DNA of 63,192 nt, the filler included, from Trichomonas gallinae (taxonomy: Eukaryota), in the NCBI GenBank assembly GCA_008369845.1. It is 4 parts of 4 records of this genome, joined end to end, with 100 filler letters (N's around TTAATTAATTAA, not from the genome) between each part and the next. Parts side by side here need not be neighbours in the genome. Positions count along the whole stretch, not along the records: positions 6,334 to 36,020 come from MRSU01000076.1; positions 36,121 to 55,923 come from MRSU01000077.1; 2 more parts are not named here. One strand, written 5' to 3'. Shown here piece by piece: positions 31,730 to 44,300 of this stretch (the stretch's first letter is position 1; the number at the start of each line of letters is the position of its first letter). Under the pieces are notes generated by a model. The model made no database searches. It saw only the letters and a list, made by a program, of their open reading frames with translations, and was not told where the DNA came from. The position numbers and the translations under genes are program-made.

Positions 31730-34700
31730 TTAGAATTCGATTGGAACAGCACTTGAGAAATCTCTAAGTTGCTTGAGGAGATCTGAGTATGATTCGTATG
31801 TGTCAGCGAATTCTCCTTCAGCCTCGCTGTCTAGAGGAGTCTTGCAGATCGGGCATGCACCGTTTTCGAGGAATGTTCTTTCAAAGTCGACATCACTGAA
31901 CATCGAGTTGCAGCCTCTGCAGATGTGGATTGACTCAAGTGGTGGGTTGAGCATGAATGAGCATGGAACTTTAGAGTTCTCCTTCCACTCGCATGTAACG
32001 AAAGCGGAAGGATCGATGTTCTTCAACGCGTCTGTGTTGAGAACTGGCTTAGCATCACCGTCGACAGCCCTGCTTGGGTCGATGACTTCTGAGATGTCCA
32101 TGACGTTTCCATCGATCGGTGGATCCTGTGCTATCAACGTCTTCGCGTCTTTGACTTCGACGCCGCTGATTGTCACAGGGACAAGTGGAAGAACCTTGAA
32201 TGAGTGGCATGAGAAAACAATCGGACACTTGCACTCGCTGCACCAGAGAAGCGGGCCGTCGCCGCTTGAGAATAATCTTGATCCGCATCTCTCGCAGCAC
32301 TCTCCATCATCGTCGTCGTTCATTCCAGCGGTCCTCAAGATTGCTAAGTCAACGGCTTCTTGAACAGCAGGAGGAACAACGAACAAAGACAGCTGCTCAG
32401 CGCACCATCTCATCAAGCGATACTCGCCGACATTGTCTGACTCGTTCAACAGGGAGAAAAGTGCCTCTGGATATGAAATGCCTGTTAATAAATCGTCGGA
32501 TATTTTGTGCAAGTACTTGGCTTTGAACTCGCCTCTCCTGATCGAGTTCATGTACGCGACAACATACCTTGATAAATAGAACGATGAGCCTCTTTCTCTG
32601 ACTGTGAACGGAGATGTCGTGTCTTCTCTAAGCTTACCGAATGCAGAGTAGCACCTGGCGAGCTCAAGACCGCTCTCAACGATCGACTGAGCTTCAGCAG
32701 CGTCAGCAGCGATGGAAGCCATACCGAGCGAGCGTCCGTACAAAAAGAAGGCGACATCGTCGTACTTGTTCATCACGAGTGCGTTTTCTAGGAGCATGTT
32801 GAGAGACTTGAGGGCTTCGTCGACTCTGCCAGCAATGAAGAAAGACACCAAAGACTCAAAGTACTGGTCATCTTCGAACAAATATCTAGCGAACGGAAGG
32901 AAGACTTCTGGGAGAAGAGCTGGATGCATTTTTGCCAATGCCAAAGCTTCGTTCCAGTCTTTGAGGATGACTCTGACTTTTGCAAGGCTAGAAACATCAT
33001 CCAGCTGTGCGAGAATGTCTGTGGCTTGCGTCGGCATGTCGTGCTGGATGAGGGCTTCTGCTGCGTATTGAAGGGCGGCAGTTTCCGTGTGATCTATTGT
33101 CTTTGCGACTGCTGCAAGTTCGTTGATCATGTTTGCTTCGTTCAAAATCGTAACAGCTTTGAGAGCTTCACCGCCGACGATGTAGAGCTTGGCGGCGAGT
33201 TCGAGCTCGTTCATATCTTCGAACAACTTCGCTTGCTGCAGGGCGAACTTCTTCATTCGATCGCCGGATAAGAATTGCGGAAGTTTGTCGAATTGGCGGA
33301 GATCGAAGTACATCTGGACTGAGCGCTCGTTTTCGCCGAGATTTCTCCATGTTCTTGCAGCGGAGTCGAAATTATTTGTCCATGCATCGACTTCTGCGCT
33401 TAAGTGGTCCTGAGTGAACTTGGCGTCTTTCATTAGTGTTGCTATCATCTCTATGAAGTGCATAAGCTGGATATTCCATGCGTGTGCGGCTGCTTTGACT
33501 GCGACGCCGATTTCGCGCTGCCTGAGGGCGCTGTCTGCGAGCTCGTTCCACTGCTCCTCAGTAGAACCGAAAACAGCGACTTGGTAAGCGTTTTCGAAGT
33601 CATTATTTCTTGCGAGATTCTTAACTGCAGTTGAGAGTGGAATATCGAACTGGTAGAGCTGGTTGTTGTGAATTGTGAAGACAGTGAGGCCGGAGAAGCG
33701 AACCAATTCGCCTGTCATCGTGGATTTGATTCTTTGCATCTCGAAAGCCTTCACGTAAAGGTTTTCGCCATCGGACATGGCAAGAATGTCGTCAGAGAGC
33801 TCGTTCCAGCATGCTGTATCGACTCCTTCCTCGATGAACAATAATTTGCCTGTCATCAGCGAATAAACGCAGCAGCGGTGCTTGTCATCGACGACAGCGA
33901 CCTTCGTGTTCATCTGGGAGATGGAGATGTTGCGGATAGCGTTGTCGTGCTTAAAGGCTTGATGAGAGAATCTGTGATCAACGAAAATCTGGATTACCTG
34001 ACCGTCTTCAAGACCGATGAGGACACCTTCCATTGATGGGATCGTTGATGCGATGCAAGATGCAGAAATTGGAGCTGAGAAATTGAATTCGCGAATAAAT
34101 GAGCCATTCCCGTTTAGAATCTTGACTGTCTTCTCGAAAATGAACACAAATGTGTTTGTGAAGTCATAGAACTGCCTAGCGCCAGGAGCCATCTCGAATC
34201 TCGTCTTTTTCTCGAGATTGATTGATCCGTGGTCTTCATCGTATGTGTAAACAGAGACTTCATCGTGGAACAATATTGAGGCGTGAATATCAGTGATAGA
34301 AATCTTCTGGACTGGTTTAACAAATTCAACATCTTCGAAAAGATCTGTTCCGAGCATTTGGATGCGGATCTTCGTGAGTTCTGTGCGGAAAGCAAATGAA
34401 TTTCTGTAGATTGAGTAAATCGGGCGAAGGCCAAGCGACAAAACTGAAATTGTGCCATTATCAAGGCCGAGAGACATGTATCCTTCTGGAGATACGGAAA
34501 TTGACCAAATCCAGTCCTTAACTTCAGTAATAACTGACAATTGCTGGCCATCATCGTTGTACAAAATAACACCACCTGCGATATCAGCGACAATGATGTT
34601 GGATTGGAAGTTGATGATTGAAGATGGTTGCGCTGGAATGTCAACTGTTGCGTGAAGAACTGATTCTCTTGGTTTGTGGATTGTAAGCCTGTTGTTCCAG

Positions 34701-35287
34701 TCACCGACGATCAGACGCTCGCCAGAGTAGCATAGAGTGAAGACAGGGACTTGGAGGTGATGAGTGTAGAACTCCTGCGCGTTTTCAGAGTTGCGAACAG
34801 AAACTGTGCCATTGTGAAGACCAATGGCGAAAGATTTGCCATCAGGGGCCCAAGCACCGCACAAAATCTTCACCTGGACGTCAACTGGTGTAACTTGTTG
34901 AATATTTTCATGCCAAATCGAAAATTCTGTGCCTGCGCAAGCAAGTAAATGCGGCGAGACTGGGCTGAATGCGAGTGTTGATGCAGCGCCAGTGATAACG
35001 AATCTCACGCGGCCTTTATTTGTCTTTGAATCCCATACGATCGCTGTATCATCGCAACCGGCTGTTGCAAAGAGTGGATCGTGGTGAGAAACTGCGATTG
35101 CATAGATTGGTCGTTTGTGTTTCTTGACATCGCTGATTAATGTTCCATCTTTCAATGAATAAACGAGAAGATGTCCGCCATTCGCGACAAGGAGTTCCTT
35201 GCAGTCGGGCTTAATTGCGCAAGCGTACACAGGTGATGGATTTCCATGATAGGTTTCCTGGAGCTTCCATTTTTCAGTCACTTGCAT
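31730..35287 (-). CDS. IFT122: Intraflagellar transport protein IFT122 (WD40 + TPR-like + C-terminal zinc-binding)
   Basis: 1185 aa. N-terminal WD40 (KPDCKELLVA, HKRPIYAIA), GLEDGQVIQIFVDHRF, WNELADSALR, WNEALALAKMHP and C-terminal CxxC pairs (CRGC...CPIC). Confidence 0.88.
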   Translation of the reverse strand: MQVTEKWKLQETYHGNPSPVYACAIKPDCKELLVANGGHLLVYSLKDGTLISDVKKHKRPIYAIAVSHHDPLFATAGCDDTAIVWDSKTNKGRVRFVITGAASTLAFSPVSPHLLACAGTEFSIWHENIQQVTPVDVQVKILCGAWAPDGKSFAIGLHNGTVSVRNSENAQEFYTHHLQVPVFTLCYSGERLIVGDWNNRLTIHKPRESVLHATVDIPAQPSSIINFQSNIIVADIAGGVILYNDDGQQLSVITEVKDWIWSISVSPEGYMSLGLDNGTISVLSLGLRPIYSIYRNSFAFRTELTKIRIQMLGTDLFEDVEFVKPVQKISITDIHASILFHDEVSVYTYDEDHGSINLEKKTRFEMAPGARQFYDFTNTFVFIFEKTVKILNGNGSFIREFNFSAPISASCIASTIPSMEGVLIGLEDGQVIQIFVDHRFSHQAFKHDNAIRNISISQMNTKVAVVDDKHRCCVYSLMTGKLLFIEEGVDTACWNELSDDILAMSDGENLYVKAFEMQRIKSTMTGELVRFSGLTVFTIHNNQLYQFDIPLSTAVKNLARNNDFENAYQVAVFGSTEEQWNELADSALRQREIGVAVKAAAHAWNIQLMHFIEMIATLMKDAKFTQDHLSAEVDAWTNNFDSAARTWRNLGENERSVQMYFDLRQFDKLPQFLSGDRMKKFALQQAKLFEDMNELELAAKLYIVGGEALKAVTILNEANMINELAAVAKTIDHTETAALQYAAEALIQHDMPTQATDILAQLDDVSSLAKVRVILKDWNEALALAKMHPALLPEVFLPFARYLFEDDQYFESLVSFFIAGRVDEALKSLNMLLENALVMNKYDDVAFFLYGRSLGMASIAADAAEAQSIVESGLELARCYSAFGKLREDTTSPFTVRERGSSFYLSRYVVAYMNSIRRGEFKAKYLHKISDDLLTGISYPEALFSLLNESDNVGEYRLMRWCAEQLSLFVVPPAVQEAVDLAILRTAGMNDDDDGECCERCGSRLFSSGDGPLLWCSECKCPIVFSCHSFKVLPLVPVTISGVEVKDAKTLIAQDPPIDGNVMDISEVIDPSRAVDGDAKPVLNTDALKNIDPSAFVTCEWKENSKVPCSFMLNPPLESIHICRGCNSMFSDVDFERTFLENGACPICKTPLDSEAEGEFADTYESYSDLLKQLRDFSSAVPIEF

Positions 35288-35336
35288 ATTTTATAACGGA
35301 ACAAAGGATTCGATTATTTTCCCCTCAAAACATATG

Positions 35337-35423
35337 TTTACATGTCAGAAATATATGTAATCGTCAAAAAATATTTGTAAACGTCAAAAAATATTTACAT
35401 GTCAAAAACCTTTGTAATTGTCG
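35337..35423. promoter_or_regulatory. Phased TTTACATGTCA / TGTAAnnGTCA array upstream of IFT122
   Basis: Five units at about 18-20 bp spacing. Confidence 0.6.
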
Positions 35424-36020
35424 AAAATTTTATGATTCCATCAATTCTATTCTAGAGAAGCATCCATGCAGGCACTATCTCTGACGCCGGCACAGTCTCA
35501 GAGGCTCTCATAAGACTGTGTATGCACGTATAGTGGCAGAAAATTTAAAAAGCTGAGAATTAAAACCGTTACTTTTACATATTTACTCATTCAATGAGCA
35601 AATTAACAACTTAAACGCAGATTCTCATGGTTAGTTTCCATCATAAATGTAGAGATAGTATATAAATTTGTCATGTAAAATCTTCATTTCATGATAGTGT
35701 AGAGTGGAGCTCGCACTAAAGCAAGTTTACATACAAATATTATATATATTTTTCTTCGCTGGAAGATAAGCGAATAAATAGAGTATCGTTATAACTATGA
35801 TATGACATCTACTTATTTTTGATAAAATATTTGTCAACAAAAGATCAATTTTTATGCCATAGAATCTCCCATTCATATAAATTGTTGCTATATTTAAATT
35901 TGCCAAAGAATAAACCATGCTTTTCCTAGAACTAAAATTTCCTATTCAATTTCCTATGATAAATTCCCTCTATTAGCTAATTTTATTTAATTATATAAAA
36001 TTAGCATTAATATAAGCGCA

Positions 36021-36120
36021 NNNNNNNNNNNNNNNNNNNNNNNNNNNNNNNNNNNNNNNNNNNNTTAATTAATTAANNNNNNNNNNNNNNNNNNNNNNNN
36101 NNNNNNNNNNNNNNNNNNNN
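36021..36120. other. Assembly gap with artificial linker (truncates carbamate kinase)
   Basis: N run with TTAATTAATTAA. Confidence 0.97.
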
Positions 36121-36461
36121 GACTGTGTGACGATGGAAACAACCTGCTTGTTGATTCCCTCAGCGCGGAGAGCGCCATCGAGCTCCTGCTGGAGGAGTTC
36201 ACCAAGGAATCCCTGTGTCTCAGCACCGCAAACGTGGAGTGGCATAGCTGGAACCTTTTCCTGCTCGCCAGCGACGTTCTGGAGGAAGATAGCACCACAT
36301 TGTGGGCCGTTTCCGTGTGTCATAACGAGCTCGTTGCCGTCCTTAACGATCTTGACAATCTGTGACATAGCAAGGCGGCAAGCAGCCTGCTGGTCCTGGA
36401 ATGTTCCCTTCATGCCACGCTGGAGAAGGGCGTTACCACCGAGAGCGACGACAATCCTCAT
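36121..36461 (-). CDS. Carbamate kinase, 5' part (3' part lost in assembly gap); arginine dihydrolase pathway
   Basis: MRIVVALGGNALLQ...THGNGPQCG...MPLHVCGAETQGFLG...SIVTQ, with GC-rich codon usage typical of highly expressed genes; the ORF runs into the Ns. Confidence 0.93.
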
Positions 36462-36465
36462 CTAC

Positions 36466-36494
36466 TAAAAGTGTTTCGACCAAAATAACCGTTT
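36466..36494 (-). promoter_or_regulatory. Carbamate kinase core promoter: M3-like AACGGTTA and Inr-like ACACTTTT
   Basis: The minus strand reads GAAACGGTTATTTTGGTCGAAACACTTTTAGTAG-ATG. AACGGTTA fits the DRCSGTTD M3 consensus as I recall it. Confidence 0.5.
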
Positions 36495-37514
36495 CTTCGT
36501 TTTGAAAATGAAAACGATGAAAGCTCTCAATTTTTATTTCATTTCACCTTGTTAATTCTTTGTCATTTTGTATTATTTAACAAATCCAACATTTTTACAA
36601 AATCCAATCATCTGTTTACATGTCAAAATATCCATGTAAACAATTTAATGTCATTTTTCATTGTTTTAACTTCTTTGATATTTTCCATTATTATCAATTA
36701 ATCATTAATAAAACACAACAAATCTCAAAATCGATTTATATATTTACATGTCAAAATATGGATTTTTTTGTCATGTTTATTTGGTGATGTCAATTTCTCC
36801 GATCAATATCTATTCGTCTCGATTAATTGAAATTATGCTATATTCGGCATGTATAATCGGAGTTCAAACTGCGATCAAATGATTTCAAGATTTTTGTGAG
36901 TTAGTTGGATATTCGTTGTCTCTTTTAAAGAGAATTTCATTTTTTACTTCATAAGAACCTTTTCTATGATTTTCTTAAAACATTGGTACTACTGTTTCAT
37001 GAAATTAACGAGAAATACGGATAATTGATCCAGCCATGTTGGAAGGAATTCAGAATCCTATGATACTTATAACCATTGCATTAACAATCATATAAAACAG
37101 ATTCTTATACAACATATAATTCTTAAAAAGCTATTTTGAGAATTTCTTAATATTTCATCTATATTATCCTGCTGAATACATTCAAATTATAAACACCATA
37201 GAAGACTATGTTAAATATAACAATGATAATTGTTGATTTTGAAAATCATTTTTGGTGGAAAAATATCAAAAATTTTTCAACGTCAACTCATCTCATCTCA
37301 TCCAAAACTATCAGTATTTTCATTTAACAAAATGAAGCAATCATTTTTGGCAAACATGCGTTGTTTTTATAAAAAATTTGACAGAATCATGTGTTATAGC
37401 ATGAATATGATGCACACACGGATTTTCATTGATTTGAACAAATTTTTGACAAATTTTTCCATCAAAAATTTTCGACTCTAAATATTTTGAAAATTTTATT
37501 TGAGTTCACTTGTG

Positions 37515-37868
37515 ATGAAGGCTGGAAGACCAACCTACCGCGTGAAAGCTAAGTGGGTTAGCTTCCAAGGTTCCAACGAAGAGATGTTCTTCGAGTTGGA
37601 TCGTAAGGGGGAACTCATCAAAGTCAACAAATCGATCAAACCACATCACATGCAAAAATATATTTCTGCACAACAAGATGTGGGATCGATTCCTTTATCC
37701 ATCCCAGTGGTAAGCACTGAACCTCTGCCTGTTATACCACAGCAGATTCAGGCTCCACAGCCAAGCGTTGACCTCGCACAGGCATTTCATGAGATGGACG
37801 TATATTTTACACACCAGCAACCCCCAGAAGAAGATGCTTCCTATTTCTTAGAATTCGAAGTATTTTGA
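37515..37868 (+). CDS. Small hypothetical protein
   Basis: GC-richer ORF. The ATG at 37515 is preceded by the Inr TCACTT (37506-37511). Basic N-terminal half (FFELDRKGELIK...IKPH) and acidic/aromatic C-tail. Confidence 0.75.
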   Translation: MKAGRPTYRVKAKWVSFQGSNEEMFFELDRKGELIKVNKSIKPHHMQKYISAQQDVGSIPLSIPVVSTEPLPVIPQQIQAPQPSVDLAQAFHEMDVYFTHQQPPEEDASYFLEFEVF

Positions 37869-38361
37869 AATATTTTTAATAGATCTCTCTGTTAGTATAA
37901 TAAAATATTCTAAGTTTGAGCTTAGAGTTGCGATATTATCATAAAATAACAGTTTTTTTTTCATGGAATTTTTATTTCATTTTTTGCATCAATTGACAGT
38001 ATTTGAAAGTCATACACTATAATCTACAGAAAATATGCTATGAATTATGTGCTTTGAATTTTGATAATAACTCATAAAAAATTATTGGAATTCTTAGTTA
38101 TTGTAGATTTTAAATATATATATATATGGTTCATATTAATGCTTTTGCTAAAATATCAGCTCTTAGATTCTCAATTAGACTTTTGATGAATTTTATATTT
38201 TAATCATATCATTGATTGACAGTGCAAATCAACAATTTTTTTAGCGAATACTGCTCCTCTTTAACATTATTTTAGTCATTGATAATTTTGCCATGTATGA
38301 TTTTTTTGAGAAGTTTACACATCATATTTCATATTTACATGTCAAAAATACTACTAATTGA

Positions 38362-41300
38362 ATGAATGATTTTCTTCCGATTCCAAAACTATTTCAAGCA
38401 ATATTAGAACTCAATTGCAACATTGGGAATGATGTTAACCAACTTCCTCCTATGGTTAAAGATTCAAATCCACCATTGAGCTTCCCTTTACTAAGTCAAG
38501 ATAATATTTCAAAAATTGTACGGAAATTAGAAGAAAACATCAAAATAGTTAGTATATTTAAGGATATACCATGGAATTATCCATTTGATATATCTCTAGC
38601 TACAAAAATCATGGCAAGTTTTCCAATTATGTTAAATATTCCGAAATATACATCAACTCTTATATTAAATACATATATATCACTTATTATATCCGAAAAT
38701 AACTCAGAACATGTCTCTCTCATATTCGAATTATTAAAAAATATAATTTCTCAGCCAAATTCAACGATATCACTCGAAATAAGGCATATTGCTGCATCAG
38801 CTTTTGCTTCATTATACAATTTTTCAGGGATAATCATCAGATCTCCTGATATTTCACAATATATAACAAATTTAAGAACATTTATCGTAGATAATTCCGA
38901 TTTACCAAAGTCAGCGTTTTCTTTGCTAACTCCTATAGCGCAGGATGTTCTTGATAAGAAGCAAATGTTTGAAACTTTTATTAAAAATGCGGAAGTTATT
39001 TTTACTAAGTGCAAAAATCGATTTACTATAGAAGATATTGATGGATTCATCAGGCTTATCTGTGATCCACTAGTAAAACCAACTGTCCCTGCAATACATA
39101 TTTTAGCCATTATTGTTCAAATGACAGGAAGAGTTTCAATCCTCCCATTCGTCGTTTCTCTCCCTTATGCTATGAAAGACATGATTACTTCAAAGAAAAG
39201 AAAGTGCATTATCGATAATACAGAAAATTTAAAGTTATTCAAGTTAGAATTCAACAATAATACTCAACACAAGCACAAAGGTTCGCTATTAGAAGGAATC
39301 CCTGAATTTGGCAATTTACCAGATTTTTCATTAGATAAAATCGAAGAATTCATTGATCCAGACACAGCAGAGTTTTGCCAAGCTACTGCTGAGCTTTTAG
39401 CTACTGATTCACAATTTCCAGACACTTTCATTGAAACAGTCATAATGCAAATCAAAAATAATGCAGAAGCTCCATTTTTGCTTGATTTGATTGCAGCATA
39501 TGTATTCTCACTCAAACTAACACAAATGAAAAAGTATTTCGTTCCAATAGTTGACTGTTTCTTTACATCAGTTTTATTTGATCCAAAAATGACAATTTAC
39601 AGCCCACTTCCACATTTTAAAGCAGTAAATGCAATTAGACAGGAGGTTGCTATGCTCATGATCTCAAATGAATTCGAAAAAGTTAAATTAATTTTAGATT
39701 TTCTGTTCAGCTTTCCATTGGCGTTCAGCGAGTTAATTTTCCGCATTATTCAGCTTCCTGATTACATGTTTAACAACATTTTCATCACAGCTGATTATTA
39801 CTGCGAATTGTTTAAAAAATCAATGAATATCGAGTTAGATCAAGAGAACAAGTTCCCTGTTACTCAACTGAGGCTAGCATTGCTATATTTATATGACAAA
39901 TTCATTAATGTTACATATTATGCTGATTATTTATTTGAACAAATGCAATTCATTGAAACGATCTTTAAATACGCTGCAAATAGCAAATTGACAAAGTTTT
40001 TACTCACAAATATCGCAAAATACATCACCGGGCCAACGACACTGCAAAGCAGCGAATTAATTCACGAAATTAAAGCAAACATTCACAAAGTCCTTGAAAA
40101 ACCATTAACAACACCAAAATTGCAAGAATATTACTTAGAATTCCTTAAACTCCTGAATTCTATTATAATGGTCAAAAAATTCCACATTAAAAATTTCCTG
40201 AAGACAATCACAAGAATTGTAGAGAAAACAGCTGATTTACCGAATGCTGCTTTATCACAACAAATTATATCTGAAACTCTTTCGATTATGATAACAATCT
40301 CAGAAAATGCGGAATTTTCAAGAAGTGAGTTAACAAAACTGAAGCTTGGTATCAGAAGATTGTATGGAGATGAACCTCCATTTGCAATAATGCACAAAAT
40401 ATTAGAAATTGCAAAAGGAACAAAAATTAACGTAACTTCAGAGCCATTTATTGTCATACGTCCAAGTTCAATCAATCTTTTATTGGAAGTTTTCGAAAGA
40501 TCGAAACATATTTATATTATTCTTAAATACTTGAAAAATCTGGTTTTATCAACACCAGCGAATAAGAATATGTTCCACAAAGGAACAACAGATATAAAAT
40601 TAATCGATATGATCAAAGAAATGAAATCATTAAAATGTGTTGACCTTGCTTTTGAAATTCTCAAGTTAATTTCTAGTGAAATTTGCAGTGGAATAGTTGT
40701 TAATAGGTTTATCAGTCTTTTCTGGCCAATTGAAGAAAAGTATAGATTAAATTATCAACCGCAAGCGATAAACTTCATTACAATGATGATAGACGAGTTC
40801 CACAACGTACCTGAGATAGGATACACACTGTCAACAGAGCCAATGCAGGTGCAATGCCTGCAGAGCGAAATGCTGAGTAATTGCACACTTCTTGCTTGGT
40901 TCTTCGTCAACAACACAGATAATGACATCGTTTTATTCTCCATGGCCGATGAAATCGGTACAACAGTGAGCATCAACATCATCAACCAGTGCGTCGCAGG
41001 CTCAGTGACTTACAACGGCACAATGAGAGTTGGACCGAGCCAAATCGTCTGCCCAGTAGGTTATTGGTTCCCTATGCTTGTCAGTTTTATCGGGGACCCG
41101 AAAAACGACAAATACGAAATTTCTTTTTACCTTGATGAAAACAACAAGAAGGTTCAGACATTCAGTATGCCTCCTTTCAAGCAGGGCAGGGCACTCATTC
41201 AGTTTTCGTACGAAAAGAACCCACAAACGTTCAATGGAATGGTTGGACCTTTCGGGATTTTCAACGCGTTAGTAAATCCGACAGAACTGCTCGACTTGAA

Positions 41301-44300
41301 TGTCAAACAAGTTCCAGCGCGTGATGACTTAATCATCTGGCTCAACCCTGTCAAAGAAGGCGACAGAGTTGGAATCAAAGTTTACCCTGAATCGAAGCAA
41401 TACAGGATTTTCCATGACCCGCCTCTATGTCAGAGCACCGACAGTTTTCTCACGATTTTATCGACTCGTATTGGAATCTCTGTTTTACTCCCACTCTATG
41501 GAGAACTAGACATGCCTTTCTGTGATGGCTCTAAGTTCGAAAACGGCCCATGCATGATAACTTTCTTGCTAGGAAAAATTTTACCAACATGCAAAACTTC
41601 TCAGATCGATTACATGAAAAATGAAGGCTTTTCTATAATAGTTCACCTCCTTGAACAGGCATCGCCATCAAATAGAACATACGAACTCTACGCTGGCTTC
41701 TATAATATTCTCCATCTTCTTCCTGGCGATGTTATTGTCAGTTTTCTTTCAACACTTATCCTTAACTTTGAGTTATGGATGGATTCGCACGATTTTGCTA
41801 AGATTACTTATCACTGGGCGAATGTTGTTTTCACTGGATACCCAGTAATATGCAATGAGCTGTTCCCAATAAGGAGGATATTGAACTGGCTGAGATCGAA
41901 CATCTTCTATCAGCCAGTTGAAGGCGGAATTATTGCACCGAAACTACCGCCGCATTCACAAGAAGTAATTTCCGAAATAAGGAGAAATATTTTTGCAGCA
42001 GCAGAAGCTTTGAAGAATTACGTTACAACAGATGACATAAATTTAGTTATCAACCAAATAATAACAAATGGAGAAAAAATGCAAATCTTGGATCTTTTGG
42101 AATTTTTGACATGCATAATTTGCGACAACAATGAAATTGATTACTCGCATTTGCCGCTTTTAAGCACTTTAGTCGCTACACTTGACTACGACATAATCAT
42201 TGCACTGCTCAAAGCGATCAAGTCTATCAATACTGTCGTTAAGTCTTTCATTTTAGATGAGCAGCTGGGAGTAATTATTGCGAACTTCCCAACATGTTTG
42301 ATTACTGATGAATTCTTCAACAAACTTTACACTGTTTGTGTGAGTGAGCCTTCTTTCTTCCCACTACTCGCATTCTTCACCTGTGCTGATGTGAATTACT
42401 GCATGACTGTTTACTCCAAGTTTCCGCCTTCAAGAGATTTGCTTGCAAAGAAGTTTTCATCCGTTTACACTTGCTACGCTTATTGCATTTATTCGCAAGA
42501 AATTCGCGCTGACATTCTCGAGTTTATTATTAAATGCGGACCAAGTATTTGGCCAAATATCTACTACATGCTTGACTTCGTGTCGAGATCATTGGGTTTA
42601 AACACTATTACAATCAGCCGCGATTTCGTCAACAAGATCGCAAATCTTTTTGAACCATCTCCAGCACAAACATCTGTCTCTGAAGCAGACGCTTTCCTTG
42701 AAATAATTAGGTCCTTCCTATTCACTAAGCCATGCAATTACGTTGCCCCAACAATGAAGACACTCGGCAAGCTATGCCAGTCAACTTACGGTGACCAGAT
42801 AGAGATGATGCCTGATCAAATTGATTCGGCGACGCTTTCATCACTTCACCTTTCCAATGATGCTGACGAAGAAGAAGAAGAGAAATCTGAGTTAACGCCA
42901 AGTCCTAATGTTCCACCACCTCCACCCCCACCGCCTCAATCTTCTTCACCTCCGCCAGACGGGCTTCCTGAAGTTCCTCCTCCACCTCAAGCAACGATGA
43001 TGCTGAGCCAGATCATCAGGAAGCAGTTATTGGATTCTAGGATCATTTTGAAGAGGCCTCCTAGTAGAAAAGTTTCACTTTTATCTCCAAACATTTTGTT
43101 TGACGCTTGCAGGAATATCATGAGAATCAAATCATCTGTCGCAAACAGCAAAACGTTTGATTCACCTTACAAACTCTTGATAAGCAAATTCAAACAAGAA
43201 ATGGTTCAAGAAAACGTCTACAACAAGATACACACGAAGTTACTGGCGACAATAACTAAGAGAAGATTCGGATTAATGTGCGACAGCGTTGGCCACTGGA
43301 TGGAAGTCAAACTTGCCGAACTTGCCCTCGACGTTTTCTCCTACTTCATGCTCAGACATCACAGATCAACAGCAGCATTGATTTGCTCCTATTTGCTCAA
43401 GACATCATCAGAGAAACCGTACGAGATCATGAAACTCCCAGTAATGAACATCAAACTCCTCCCAGAGCATTGCATATTCAATAGTTTTGCGACTAAGTTC
43501 AACAGAGAGATTTTGCCAGCAGCTAAGATGCCGTACAGCGAACTAATGAAGAATGCTGATCTCGCTTTATCAATGATTGCACGTGGCGATGCTTGCTCGA
43601 ACTACGCAGCAAGTTATGTAGAATACATTGGAATTATGACGAGAAAAGCTCTGTTTGCCAAAGACATAACACATGATCCTATTTTGAACACCATGATAGA
43701 AGGATCCCAAGAGCTGCAAGTGAGAAACATATCAATGCAACACTACAACAGAAAGAAATGGCGCAAATTCTGGAGCAGGCAGACAATCAAAGGATATCCA
43801 TGGTACAACTCAGTTAAAATCGACACTGAGCAGATCCAGAAGAAGCGTTTGATGATCAACTGCGCATTCAACATTCCAATGAAAGTTAAAACTGTTTACG
43901 CGAGACCAGCGCAGCAGAAAAACAACGTGTTCTATGATAGAGGCGATGATACCGACGAAAACATTTCACAAGAGACTCAGATATCAGTGAAGAAGATGCC
44001 AACAGTACAAGAAGAGTTCACTTGCGAGATGGTGACAATCAACGCAACAATTAACATCACAGTTGAAGTTTGCTCTGATTGTCTGATGCTCAAGAGAAAG
44101 CTCGATCCAACTGTGAGAGTCATCAAATACAAGAATATTATTTATGTCATGCTGAAGCCAGCTGGAAAGAACTACAACTACATTGAGATATATCTTAATT
44201 CCGGCTCCAGCATTTTACTGAACATGAATGGAAAAAAGACGGCTTTGGATATGATTTATTTGTTCAATTCCAAGGATTTGCCGTCACTTAGAATGCCAGT

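Noticed and set aside
31773..34948. Numerous overlapping antisense and alternate-frame ORFs within IFT122 (and likewise in other long genes)
   Set aside because: Ser-rich shadow ORFs expected from codon bias of the real gene; no recognisable domains.
35330..35423. Short periodic repeats as a possible CRISPR array (also 51920-52024)
   Set aside because: Units are about 11 bp with 7-21 bp spacers, there are no cas genes, and the context is eukaryotic.
36121..36461. Carbamate kinase as a pseudogene
   Set aside because: The truncation coincides exactly with the assembly gap, and there are no internal lesions.
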